Source: an uncultured Candidatus Saccharibacteria bacterium
GTDB taxonomy: Bacteria > Patescibacteriota > Minisyncoccia > Phycocordibacterales > UBA9973
DNA length: 63,266 nucleotides
Assembly (NCBI GenBank): GCA_964565825.1
Contig: CAZMGK010000005.1
Location: forward strand, 1 to 63,266
Reading direction: 5' to 3'
How positions within the stretch are numbered: the first letter of the stretch is position 1; every line of letters begins with the position of its first letter. The notes under the pieces are model-generated. The model saw only the letters and a list, made by a program, of their open reading frames with translations. It searched no databases and was not told the DNA's origin. Below are positions 1 to 6,428 of the stretch, piece by piece. Both the position numbers and the translations under genes were made by a program.

Positions 1-52
1 CCAAGGACCTCTGTCTTATCAGGACAGCGTTCTACCACTGAACTATACACGC
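1..52 (-). tRNA. tRNA-Ile(GAU), 3' part cut by window edge
   Basis: Reverse complement reads GCGTGTA-TA-GTTC-AGTGGTA-GAAC-G-CTGTC-CTGATAA-GACAG-AGGTC-CTTGG. This gives an acceptor strand, D arm and anticodon arm with anticodon GAU. The T arm runs off the window. Confidence 0.85.
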
Positions 53-130
53 ACAAAGTTTTCAAAAATTTTCGGCAGACAGAATATATTTATATTTTGT
101 CACAGTGTTCTACCACTGAACTATACACGC
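53..130 (-). pseudogene. Degenerate tRNA-Ile copy; only the first 24 nt are conserved
   Basis: 107..130 is 24/24 identical to the tRNA-Ile 5' end (29..52). Similarity is lost after the anticodon stem. The 5' ends are 78 nt apart, about one tRNA length. Confidence 0.6.
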
Positions 131-194
131 TAGATTTTTTTTCAAAATCCATAAATAATATAACAAAATTAGGCTCTTTACGCAAATATATAAA

Positions 195-219
195 GCGGGG
201 CAACCTTCGGTTGCCCCGC
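195..219. terminator. Hairpin terminator downstream of dnaJ
   Basis: gcggggcaac-cttcg-gttgccccgc, flanked by A-rich and T-rich runs. Confidence 0.7.
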
Positions 220-229
220 TTTATATATT

Positions 230-1327
230 TTATAACCCCTCTTTCTGTAATTCTTCTATTAGTTGTTTCTCTTTCTTACCTAATTTTTGTGGAATTGTGA
301 TCTTTATGGGTATAAGCAAGTCCCCTCTCTTGTGCCTATTTTGAGGTACACCTTGCTCTTTAACTCGTAAAATCTCTCCATGAGTAATACCGGCAGGTAT
401 TTTGACTGTCAGGGGTTTCCCATCAACCGTCTCTATTTTATATTCAGCTCCGAGCAATGCTTCGGTGAGTTTAATAGTGAGTGGATAGATGAGATGTATT
501 CCCTCTCTCTTAAACATTTTATGTGCAGTCACATTGATCCGAATGTAGAGATCGCCACTTTGCCCACGCTGGACTGCTTCTCCTTGTCCCACCATGCGAA
601 GTGTCTCACCATGGGCGATGCCTTCAGGGATAGCAACTTTGATAGTTTCTTGTTTTTTATAGACTCCTTTTCCTTTACAGGTAATACACACTTCATCAGG
701 TATCTCACCGAGACCATGGCAGGCAGTACATGTCCGAGTAGTACTCATCACACCGATAATCGTCTGGCGATTTTCACGAATCGCACCTTGTCCATTACAT
801 GTTGTACATTTTTTTATCTTGGTATCTTTTTTTGCACCACTTCCATGGCAGGTATCACAGACTCCTGTTTTATTGAGTAAAATCTCTCGCGTGACGCCAA
901 ACATACTTTCAACAAATGAAATAGTCATTTCCGTACTGACATCTCGCCCTCGTGGTGTTTGTTGTTGTCGCCCACCCCCACCAAAAAAGTCAGAGAAAAT
1001 ATCTCCTAGATCTCCTGCATCAAAGCCACCTTGAAAACCACCATTTTGAAATCCAGAAAAATCGAAACCGAAGCCATTTGGATCAAATCCTGCGCCTTGT
1101 CCACCACCAGCATACTGCTGATAGTTTGAACCAAACTGGTCATACTTTGCTTTCTTACTGTCGTCTGAAAGTGTCTGATAGGCTTCGTTTGCTTCTTTGA
1201 ATTTTGTTTCGTCGCCGTCTTTCTTGTCTGGATGGTATTTGTGCGCTGCTTTATGAAATGCTTTTTTAATTTCGTCTTTAGAAGCGTCTTTTGATACGCC
1301 TAATATTTCATAGTAATCTTTTGCCAT
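230..1327 (-). CDS. dnaJ: Molecular chaperone DnaJ
   Basis: MAKDYYEILGV...HPDK J-domain, G/F-rich linker and four CxxCxGxG zinc-finger repeats. Start moved to the ATG at 1327, preceded by TATAAT with 7 nt spacing. Confidence 0.93.
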   Translation of the reverse strand: MAKDYYEILGVSKDASKDEIKKAFHKAAHKYHPDKKDGDETKFKEANEAYQTLSDDSKKAKYDQFGSNYQQYAGGGQGAGFDPNGFGFDFSGFQNGGFQGGFDAGDLGDIFSDFFGGGGRQQQTPRGRDVSTEMTISFVESMFGVTREILLNKTGVCDTCHGSGAKKDTKIKKCTTCNGQGAIRENRQTIIGVMSTTRTCTACHGLGEIPDEVCITCKGKGVYKKQETIKVAIPEGIAHGETLRMVGQGEAVQRGQSGDLYIRINVTAHKMFKREGIHLIYPLTIKLTEALLGAEYKIETVDGKPLTVKIPAGITHGEILRVKEQGVPQNRHKRGDLLIPIKITIPQKLGKKEKQLIEELQKEGL

Positions 1328-1358
1328 AGTATCTATTATATAGCATACAATAAAAAAA

Positions 1359-1378
1359 AGGCGCAAGTGAATGCGCCT
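1359..1378 (-). terminator. Hairpin terminator after ORF 1389..2165
   Basis: aggcgca-agtgaa-tgcgcct with an A-run on the + strand, which is a U-run in the minus sense. Confidence 0.6.
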
Positions 1379-1388
1379 TTTTAAATAA

Positions 1389-2165
1389 TTAAGCATTAAG
1401 AATGAACTGAGAAAACCAAAAAAATGGAAAATAGACATCTAGGCTGTAGCCTGGTTGAAGACCATCAAACTGTGGTTCTTCATTTTGATTGTATCGATGT
1501 ATAGCTCTGAGATCTTCAACTGTTAACCCAGTAATAAAAAAATGAGGCATCCCATCTTCAGAGAATGTATACGGAATAAAAGTTGGTTTTTGAAAATAGA
1601 TACGATATGTACTAAATTCTTTTTTGGAAATTTGATTTTCGTGAGGAGGAATATTGAGAACAAGTTCTCTTACGGTACGACCATTTTCTGTCAAAAATTC
1701 TGCAAGTCCTAAAATAAAAACATCTAGAATTTCAACGTTTAGCTTTTTTGCATTTTGTTTCAGTCTAATACAATTTCTCTTTAGGGTAAAACGGTCATTC
1801 ACATGTTGCCATTTTTTATTATGAAGGGTGCGATTAGTTAAATCAGGCAAAGACATGGTACATTGTCCATATTCAAAAAAATCACTCAGGACAAATTTAT
1901 ATCCATATCTAAATTGTTTACTATCCATGAGTTTTTTCAAATACTCCCCAGTAGAGAGAGCGGTTATCACCGGCAAATGAGTATCTGAGAAGAAAAACGT
2001 ATCATGCACATGACGCAAGATAGGATCATTCTCGAGATTGTGGATTTTAAGGTCTTGTTCAAATTGATCATCATTAAAATTTTCTCGTTGCATACTATTA
2101 AGTTTTAAGGGTTCCGTAAAATAATACCACGACTTAAATAAAATGTACAGCAAGATATCAAGCAT
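1389..2165 (-). CDS. Hypothetical protein (258 aa)
   Basis: Long ORF with its own terminator and no family I recognise. The start could be the internal M at MQRENF. Confidence 0.55.
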   Translation of the reverse strand: MLDILLYILFKSWYYFTEPLKLNSMQRENFNDDQFEQDLKIHNLENDPILRHVHDTFFFSDTHLPVITALSTGEYLKKLMDSKQFRYGYKFVLSDFFEYGQCTMSLPDLTNRTLHNKKWQHVNDRFTLKRNCIRLKQNAKKLNVEILDVFILGLAEFLTENGRTVRELVLNIPPHENQISKKEFSTYRIYFQKPTFIPYTFSEDGMPHFFITGLTVEDLRAIHRYNQNEEPQFDGLQPGYSLDVYFPFFWFSQFILNA

Positions 2166-2230
2166 TTTTATCGTTTAGCTTTTAGTAGAAATTCAATATA
2201 AATTGTGGTATATTTTGTATGCCTTTGTTT

Positions 2231-2284
2231 GGCCTTATCGTCTATCGCAAGTTAGAATAGAGTGACACATCCTGAAGAAGGATG
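2231..2284 (+). pseudogene. tRNA-Glu 5' fragment copy 1 (expanded D-loop, no T arm)
   Basis: ggccttatcgtctatcg + caagttagaatagagt + gacacatcc-tgaagaa-ggatg. It matches tRNA-Glu positions 1-17 and the anticodon stem. It lacks a T arm and a 3' acceptor strand. Confidence 0.6.
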
Positions 2285-2331
2285 GACGAGGTTAAAAAGT
2301 AGTGAAAGTAATATAATAAAAATAGAGTAAT

Positions 2332-2385
2332 GGCCTTATCGTCTATTGCAAGTTAGAATAGAGTGACACATCCTGAAGAAGGATG
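2332..2385 (+). pseudogene. tRNA-Glu 5' fragment copy 2
   Basis: 53/54 identical to 2231..2284. It lies 101 nt after copy 1 and 105 nt before the intact tRNA. Confidence 0.6.
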
Positions 2386-2436
2386 TGAGAAGGTTCAAAG
2401 ATATTATTTACTTTATCAGTTAGAATTAATTTAATT

Positions 2437-2511
2437 GGCCCTATCGTCTATCGGTTAGGACACATCCTTCTCAAGGATGGAAGCGCGGTTCGATTCCGCG
2501 TAGGGTCACCA
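2437..2511 (+). tRNA. tRNA-Glu(CUC), CCA encoded
   Basis: GGCCCTA-TC-GTCT-ATCGGTTA-GGAC-A-CATCC-TTCTCAA-GGATG-GAAG-CGCGG-TTCGATT-CCGCG-TAGGGTC-A-CCA, a complete cloverleaf. Confidence 0.9.
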
Positions 2512-2556
2512 AATAAAAACCACTCTTCAAAGAGTGGTTTTTATTTGGTGACCCTA
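2501..2556. terminator. 26-27 bp perfect hairpin containing the tRNA-Glu 3' acceptor strand and CCA
   Basis: tagggtcaccaaataaaaaccactctt / aagagtggtttttatttggtgacccta. It lies between tRNA-Glu (+) and the convergent gene 2560..3090 (-). Confidence 0.75.
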
Positions 2557-2559
2557 CTA

Positions 2560-3090
2560 TTATTCCTTTTTTGTAAAAATACTATATGCTATTTTATCGA
2601 TGTCGAGTGATGATTGGTCGAGCTTGCAAGTAGTTTGTTCTGGTTCGTCGTAGTTCATACATTGAACAAATTGGAGTGTGAATGTCAGCGTACCGAGGTT
2701 GTTCCCCGTCTGAGTAACATACGTGTACGTTTTGTATGTACTTCCCGCAGCACCTTCGCTTGTCACCGTGACACAGTATTTTTTACCAGAAATTATTTTT
2801 TCTGTCATTTGTCCTCTTTGAGTAATTTCAGTCCCTGTTGGTGTACAACTAAATAGTCCAGTATCAAGCTTGACCATTGGTGGCCAATCCTTATCTACAA
2901 ACCGAACATGGTTTGTTTTGAGTGCAGTGTTATAATAAAGTGCTTCAGCTGGGGGCAATGGAACATGCGCCGGAAACAGTGCTGGTTGGACGGGTTGAAG
3001 ATTTTTCTTCATGTAGAACATGAAGCCAAGCACAAAAATAACAATAACAATCCATACAATATTCACTCGAAGATAAATAGGTTTGTTCAT
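2560..3090 (-). CDS. Hypothetical membrane-anchored protein (176 aa)
   Basis: One N-terminal TM helix (VWIVIVIFVLGFMFY). The start ATG is fused to element copy 1. Confidence 0.6.
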   Translation of the reverse strand: MNKPIYLRVNIVWIVIVIFVLGFMFYMKKNLQPVQPALFPAHVPLPPAEALYYNTALKTNHVRFVDKDWPPMVKLDTGLFSCTPTGTEITQRGQMTEKIISGKKYCVTVTSEGAAGSTYKTYTYVTQTGNNLGTLTFTLQFVQCMNYDEPEQTTCKLDQSSLDIDKIAYSIFTKKE

Positions 3091-3212
3091 CCCGTTAGAA
3101 ATAAGAAATCAAAGATTTCTGTACTTAATTAACATAATAATAGACCTGCATCCTACTCTTTTTATATAATTAAATCACATTAGTAACACGTTTGATTTCT
3201 AACGGGATTCAT
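3086..3212 (-). repeat. Start-codon-abutting inverted-repeat element, copy 1 (core 3091..3206)
   Basis: cccgttagaaat...atttctaacggg terminal inverted repeat, ttcat on both flanks and a subterminal hairpin at 3104..3120. The left end abuts the ATG of 2560..3090. Confidence 0.85.
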
Positions 3213-3260
3213 ATACACTAATCATATCACAATGAAAAACTAGTGTGCTATACTCTTTCT

Positions 3261-3503
3261 ATGGAACACGACGAAGAACAAGATGACAGAGTCATCACAA
3301 AAGACAGCAATGGAACTATTCTCTCAAACGGCGACAGTGTTATCGTTATCAAAGATCTCAAAGTAAAAGGAAGTTCTCTGGTTCTCAAACAAGGAACGAA
3401 GATACACAAAATCCGTCTGACTGACGATGAAGACCTGATCGAATGCAATGCTGATATTGCAAAAGGATTGGTGTTACGGACAGAATTTTTGAGAAAAGCG
3501 TAA
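3261..3503 (+). CDS. PhnA/YjdM C-terminal-domain protein
   Basis: DSNGTILSNGDSVIVIKDLKVKGSS..LKQGTKI..IRL matches the PhnA-like domain. TGCTATACT (3246..3254) lies 6 nt before the ATG. Confidence 0.75.
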   Translation: MEHDEEQDDRVITKDSNGTILSNGDSVIVIKDLKVKGSSLVLKQGTKIHKIRLTDDEDLIECNADIAKGLVLRTEFLRKA

Positions 3504-3516
3504 ATACATACAAAAA

Positions 3517-3548
3517 GAAAAATGGGGCGCCCGAAGGGCGCCCCATTT
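3517..3548. terminator. Hairpin terminator (aaaatggggcgcc-cgaa-gggcgccccatttt)
   Basis: Perfect GC-rich stem with A/T flanks. A near-identical copy lies at 12955..12985. Confidence 0.75.
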
Positions 3549-3588
3549 TCATACCGATAGAAAAACTAACTTCTGATTTTTAGCTTCT

Positions 3589-3837
3589 CTATTTTGCTTC
3601 ACATGAACAAGGTTTGGTACCACATGTATTGCAGTGTCCGCAATTCCCTGTGCCACACATTCCTTTCACCCCACAAGAACCACAGAGCTTCATATCTTCT
3701 CTTTTGATTCTCTTCCAAAGCCACATACCGAGTAGAACAAGGTCAATGAGAACGACAATAATCACGAGTGAGCAGAGAAAACTACTTCCTCCCCCCATAT
3801 GAGCGTACCCATAGCCATTACCATACAATCCCATCAT
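3589..3837 (-). CDS. Small membrane protein with a Cys-rich C-terminal tail (82 aa)
   Basis: Gly/Tyr-rich N-terminus, one TM helix, then CGSCGVKGMCGTGNCGHCNTCGTKPCSC. Confidence 0.5.
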   Translation of the reverse strand: MMGLYGNGYGYAHMGGGSSFLCSLVIIVVLIDLVLLGMWLWKRIKREDMKLCGSCGVKGMCGTGNCGHCNTCGTKPCSCEAK

Positions 3838-4029
3838 ATTATTTTTATATTAAAACTAATAAACGACTCGTGTGTGTTTATTATACCCCCACACCTATGT
3901 TTGTACAACAGATTTTCCTACAGTATTTTTATTCAATAACAGAGATACACATTTCTTCGTAAAAGAAACCATATAGGTGTCGGGGCATATCACTTCCACA
4001 AAAAAGTAAAATGGAAATAATATGAAAAA

Positions 4030-4584
4030 TTAAAACGACATTTTTTTCATCTCACGGCGAATAAATCTGTGAGCAGGGATTACTTGTGTAACGAGATTCC
4101 AAAATTTTTCTCCGTGATTGAACTCGGCCAAGTGACACAGCTCGTGAACGATAACATAGTCCATCATCTCTTGCGGAAGAAATGCGACTTTGTAATTAAA
4201 ATTAAGATTTCCTTTTGTTGAGCAACTTCCCCACCGTGTCTTTTGATTTCTCACGGTAATATCTTTGTAAGTAAATCCGTAAAGCGTATTTATGTCTGAA
4301 ACACGTTTTTCTAAAATAGCCCGAGCTTGTTCTTTGAGTTTTGAGTACTCGGTTTTATTTTCACCGAGTGTCAGCCGTTTTGGGAGACCTTGGGCAATAC
4401 GGTCCATTTCTTTTTGTTGAAACTGTGCTACCCTCTCTTCTATCCATGAAGTCTTTGAATGTACAAATTGTTTTGCGAGGAGAAGCGGAAGTCGATACGG
4501 CACAGTCACTACCACACGTCCATCTGGATGAACCATGATTCGCATACTTTTGGAACGTCTGTTTTTCTTGAGGGTGTACTCCAT
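4030..4584 (-). CDS. YgjP-like (DUF45/M48-type) metallohydrolase
   Basis: HELCHLAEFNHGEKFW zinc motif, with length and layout typical of the family. Confidence 0.8.
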   Translation of the reverse strand: MEYTLKKNRRSKSMRIMVHPDGRVVVTVPYRLPLLLAKQFVHSKTSWIEERVAQFQQKEMDRIAQGLPKRLTLGENKTEYSKLKEQARAILEKRVSDINTLYGFTYKDITVRNQKTRWGSCSTKGNLNFNYKVAFLPQEMMDYVIVHELCHLAEFNHGEKFWNLVTQVIPAHRFIRREMKKMSF

Positions 4585-4596
4585 AGATACAATCTA

Positions 4597-4636
4597 ACAC
4601 GGCCGGCATTTTTTAGACAAAAAATGCCGGCCGTGT
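4597..4636. terminator. 18-bp hairpin terminator after the cupin gene
   Basis: acacggccggcatttttt-agac-aaaaaatgccggccgtgt. Confidence 0.75.
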
Positions 4637-4651
4637 TCGTATTTCATTTTT

Positions 4652-5050
4652 TTACTCTGTTGTTACACCATCAAAATCTTCTCCATTTTTCTCTGCCTCT
4701 TCTTTGGTTAAACGAACTATCCCATCTTTGTGGTGTGCTGGAGAATAGAGGGTGTAGAGTTTGAGATCATCAGTTTCTGAAGTGTTCACGATGTTGTGTT
4801 TTGCACCTACTGGTACCACGAGAGCATCTCCATCACGAAGGATATATTCATGCCCATCAATAACACACAACCCCTCCCCTTTTTCAATACGAAAAAACTG
4901 GTCATTTTCAGTGTGTATTTCTAGTCCGATTTCTTCCTTAGGTTTCAAACTCATCAAAACGAGCTGGCTATGTTTACTGGTATAGAGTACTTTTCTAAAA
5001 TTATTATTTTCAACCGTATCTTTTTCTATGTTTGTGTGAAATCCTTTCAT
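4652..5050 (-). CDS. Cupin-domain protein
   Basis: GLEIHTENDQFFRIEKGEG...VPVGAKHNIVN cupin motifs. Start set at MKGFHT, with TGGTATACT 6 nt upstream. Confidence 0.75.
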   Translation of the reverse strand: MKGFHTNIEKDTVENNNFRKVLYTSKHSQLVLMSLKPKEEIGLEIHTENDQFFRIEKGEGLCVIDGHEYILRDGDALVVPVGAKHNIVNTSETDDLKLYTLYSPAHHKDGIVRLTKEEAEKNGEDFDGVTTE

Positions 5051-5085
5051 ACATACAGTATACCACATAAACACACCTGTAAGAA

Positions 5086-5328
5086 TCAGCTCGCAATCAA
5101 ATCTAATTTTTGCGCTCGAGTCATTTTTTTTATTCGGGCTTCTTCTTTTGACGCGAGTGAACGGTCTTTAAATTTTTTTGAATAGACAAGCACTACAGGT
5201 CTACGAGCATGCGTATACTTGGCACCGAGATTGGTACTATTGTGCTCTACGACTCTTCGGTCTACATCTGTCGTGATGCCGGCATAGAGCGTCTTATCTT
5301 TACACTTGAGAATATATACGTAGTACAT
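5086..5328 (-). CDS. GIY-YIG nuclease superfamily protein
   Basis: [30 protein letters not shown] is the GIY-YIG signature. Confidence 0.8.
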   Translation of the reverse strand: MYYVYILKCKDKTLYAGITTDVDRRVVEHNSTNLGAKYTHARRPVVLVYSKKFKDRSLASKEEARIKKMTRAQKLDLIAS

Positions 5329-5558
5329 TAGAGGTTCCCTTTTCTTTCTAAGTACAGATAAAGCCCTTCGACTTTCTCGCGAGCCCATGGTGGTTTGCGC
5401 AAGAATTTCAAGCTCGACTTAATACTCGGATCATTCTGGAAACAGTTGATATCTATTTTCTCGCCGAGTTTTTCCCACCCAAGATGCTCAACCAAACTCG
5501 AGAGGATCATCTCGAGCGTCTTGCCATGGAGTGGGTTGTTTTGTTGGGATTGTGACAT
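5328..5558 (-). CDS. DUF2132 (VF530-like) small protein
   Basis: [24 protein letters not shown]...[23 protein letters not shown] matches the DUF2132 pattern. Confidence 0.75.
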   Translation of the reverse strand: MSQSQQNNPLHGKTLEMILSSLVEHLGWEKLGEKIDINCFQNDPSIKSSLKFLRKPPWAREKVEGLYLYLERKGNL

Positions 5559-5570
5559 ATTTTTTAAACA

Positions 5571-5591
5571 AAAACCGCATTAAGCGGTTTT
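5571..5591. terminator. Hairpin terminator
   Basis: aaaaccgc-attaa-gcggtttt, downstream (minus sense) of the 55-aa ORF. Confidence 0.65.
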
Positions 5592-5603
5592 TGCAAAAGA
5601 TGT

Positions 5604-5771
5604 TTATTTTTTCCTATTAGTTAAAGCACTTGCTCTAATAGTCTTGAGAACCTTTCCTGCTTGACCCTTACCTTCCCGCATCGCTCTTGTATACGCCAAA
5701 ACAGCTTGTGTTTTAGGTGCACGCAAGACTTTCCCCGTTGTTGGAAATTTAATACCTGAAATAGTAACCAT
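5604..5771 (-). CDS. Small basic protein (55 aa, below the track cutoff)
   Basis: MVTISGIKFPTTGKVLRAPKTQAVLAYTRAMREGKGQAGKVLKTIRASALTNRKK. It starts 4 nt after the stop of 5776..6405 and is followed by a terminator. Confidence 0.4.
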   Translation of the reverse strand: MVTISGIKFPTTGKVLRAPKTQAVLAYTRAMREGKGQAGKVLKTIRASALTNRKK

Positions 5772-5775
5772 ATGT

Positions 5776-6405
5776 TTATACTATATCATAGTGAGTGTTA
5801 ATTTCAATACCATTTTCAGATGCGATACTTTGTAATTGTTCAGCCAATTCAATAAGATTTTTTGCGATAGATTTTCTGGCTTTTGAGACATCAAATTTAA
5901 TATAATCAAGTTTATCAGTACCATCCTTCACATCACTTACATAAATTTCAACCTTGGTTTTTGTGTCTCTTAAAATCTTAGCTACTGTCAATCTACTTTT
6001 AATATGTGTATCAAAAAATACTTCCGGTTTCATTTTCCGCTCTCTTTTCAAAAAAGCTTCAAATGCTTTGATCCAATCTTTTGGAATTATTAATATAACT
6101 TTTATTTTTTGGTCAGGTCTACCATATCGCTCTGCGCGCTGTTGTTTGATTTCAAAACCTGTAAAATCTTTCAATGTACCGTCGTACACCAATTGATCTT
6201 TTTTTGTTAAATACGACACAGCAAATTCAGTTTTACCGCTGGCGGTTCCTCCAGCCATTAAAATCACCTGTCGATATTTCTGTGATTTTAAATATTGAGT
6301 AAAATCTTTATCAGCTAACCGTGCACTTTCACGATGAAATAATTCAGATTTGTCTGGGTTATATTCAGGAATTTTTTTCTTGTACTCGTCGACTTCAATA
6401 AGCAT
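5776..6405 (-). CDS. Zeta-toxin-like P-loop kinase family protein
   Basis: Walker A GGTASGKT in a ~200-aa protein with zeta/AAA-kinase-like layout. Confidence 0.55.
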   Translation of the reverse strand: MLIEVDEYKKKIPEYNPDKSELFHRESARLADKDFTQYLKSQKYRQVILMAGGTASGKTEFAVSYLTKKDQLVYDGTLKDFTGFEIKQQRAERYGRPDQKIKVILIIPKDWIKAFEAFLKRERKMKPEVFFDTHIKSRLTVAKILRDTKTKVEIYVSDVKDGTDKLDYIKFDVSKARKSIAKNLIELAEQLQSIASENGIEINTHYDIV

Positions 6406-6428
6406 ACATTTATTTTATCACAAGGAAA

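Noticed and set aside
97-300. Track ORF of 67 aa on the + strand
   Set aside because: It overlaps the tRNA-Ile fragment, the dnaJ terminator hairpin and the dnaJ 3' end. It is low-complexity and has no promoter-ATG pattern.
380-880. Long antisense or alternate-frame ORFs inside confident genes (for example 380..880, 17470..17859, 21652..22116, 42812..43249, 58528..58992, 61342..61857)
   Set aside because: They are shadow ORFs opposite strongly supported CDS (dnaJ, murA, valS, cysS, ABC-F, CDF). None shows independent start signals or recognisable motifs.
1-2560. Integrated mobile element or prophage at the tRNA loci
   Set aside because: The duplicated pieces are 5' halves located upstream, not 3' att-type repeats, and they are only 74-105 nt from the tRNAs. 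No integrase, transposase or phage genes occur in the window.
3091-3206. Element as a group I/II intron, a T-box or another known riboswitch
   Set aside because: It is far too short for self-splicing introns. It lacks the T-box GGGUGGNACCGCG motif, which is present at aspS for comparison. It also lacks the conserved cores of other riboswitch classes I know. The variable interior argues against a ligand pocket.
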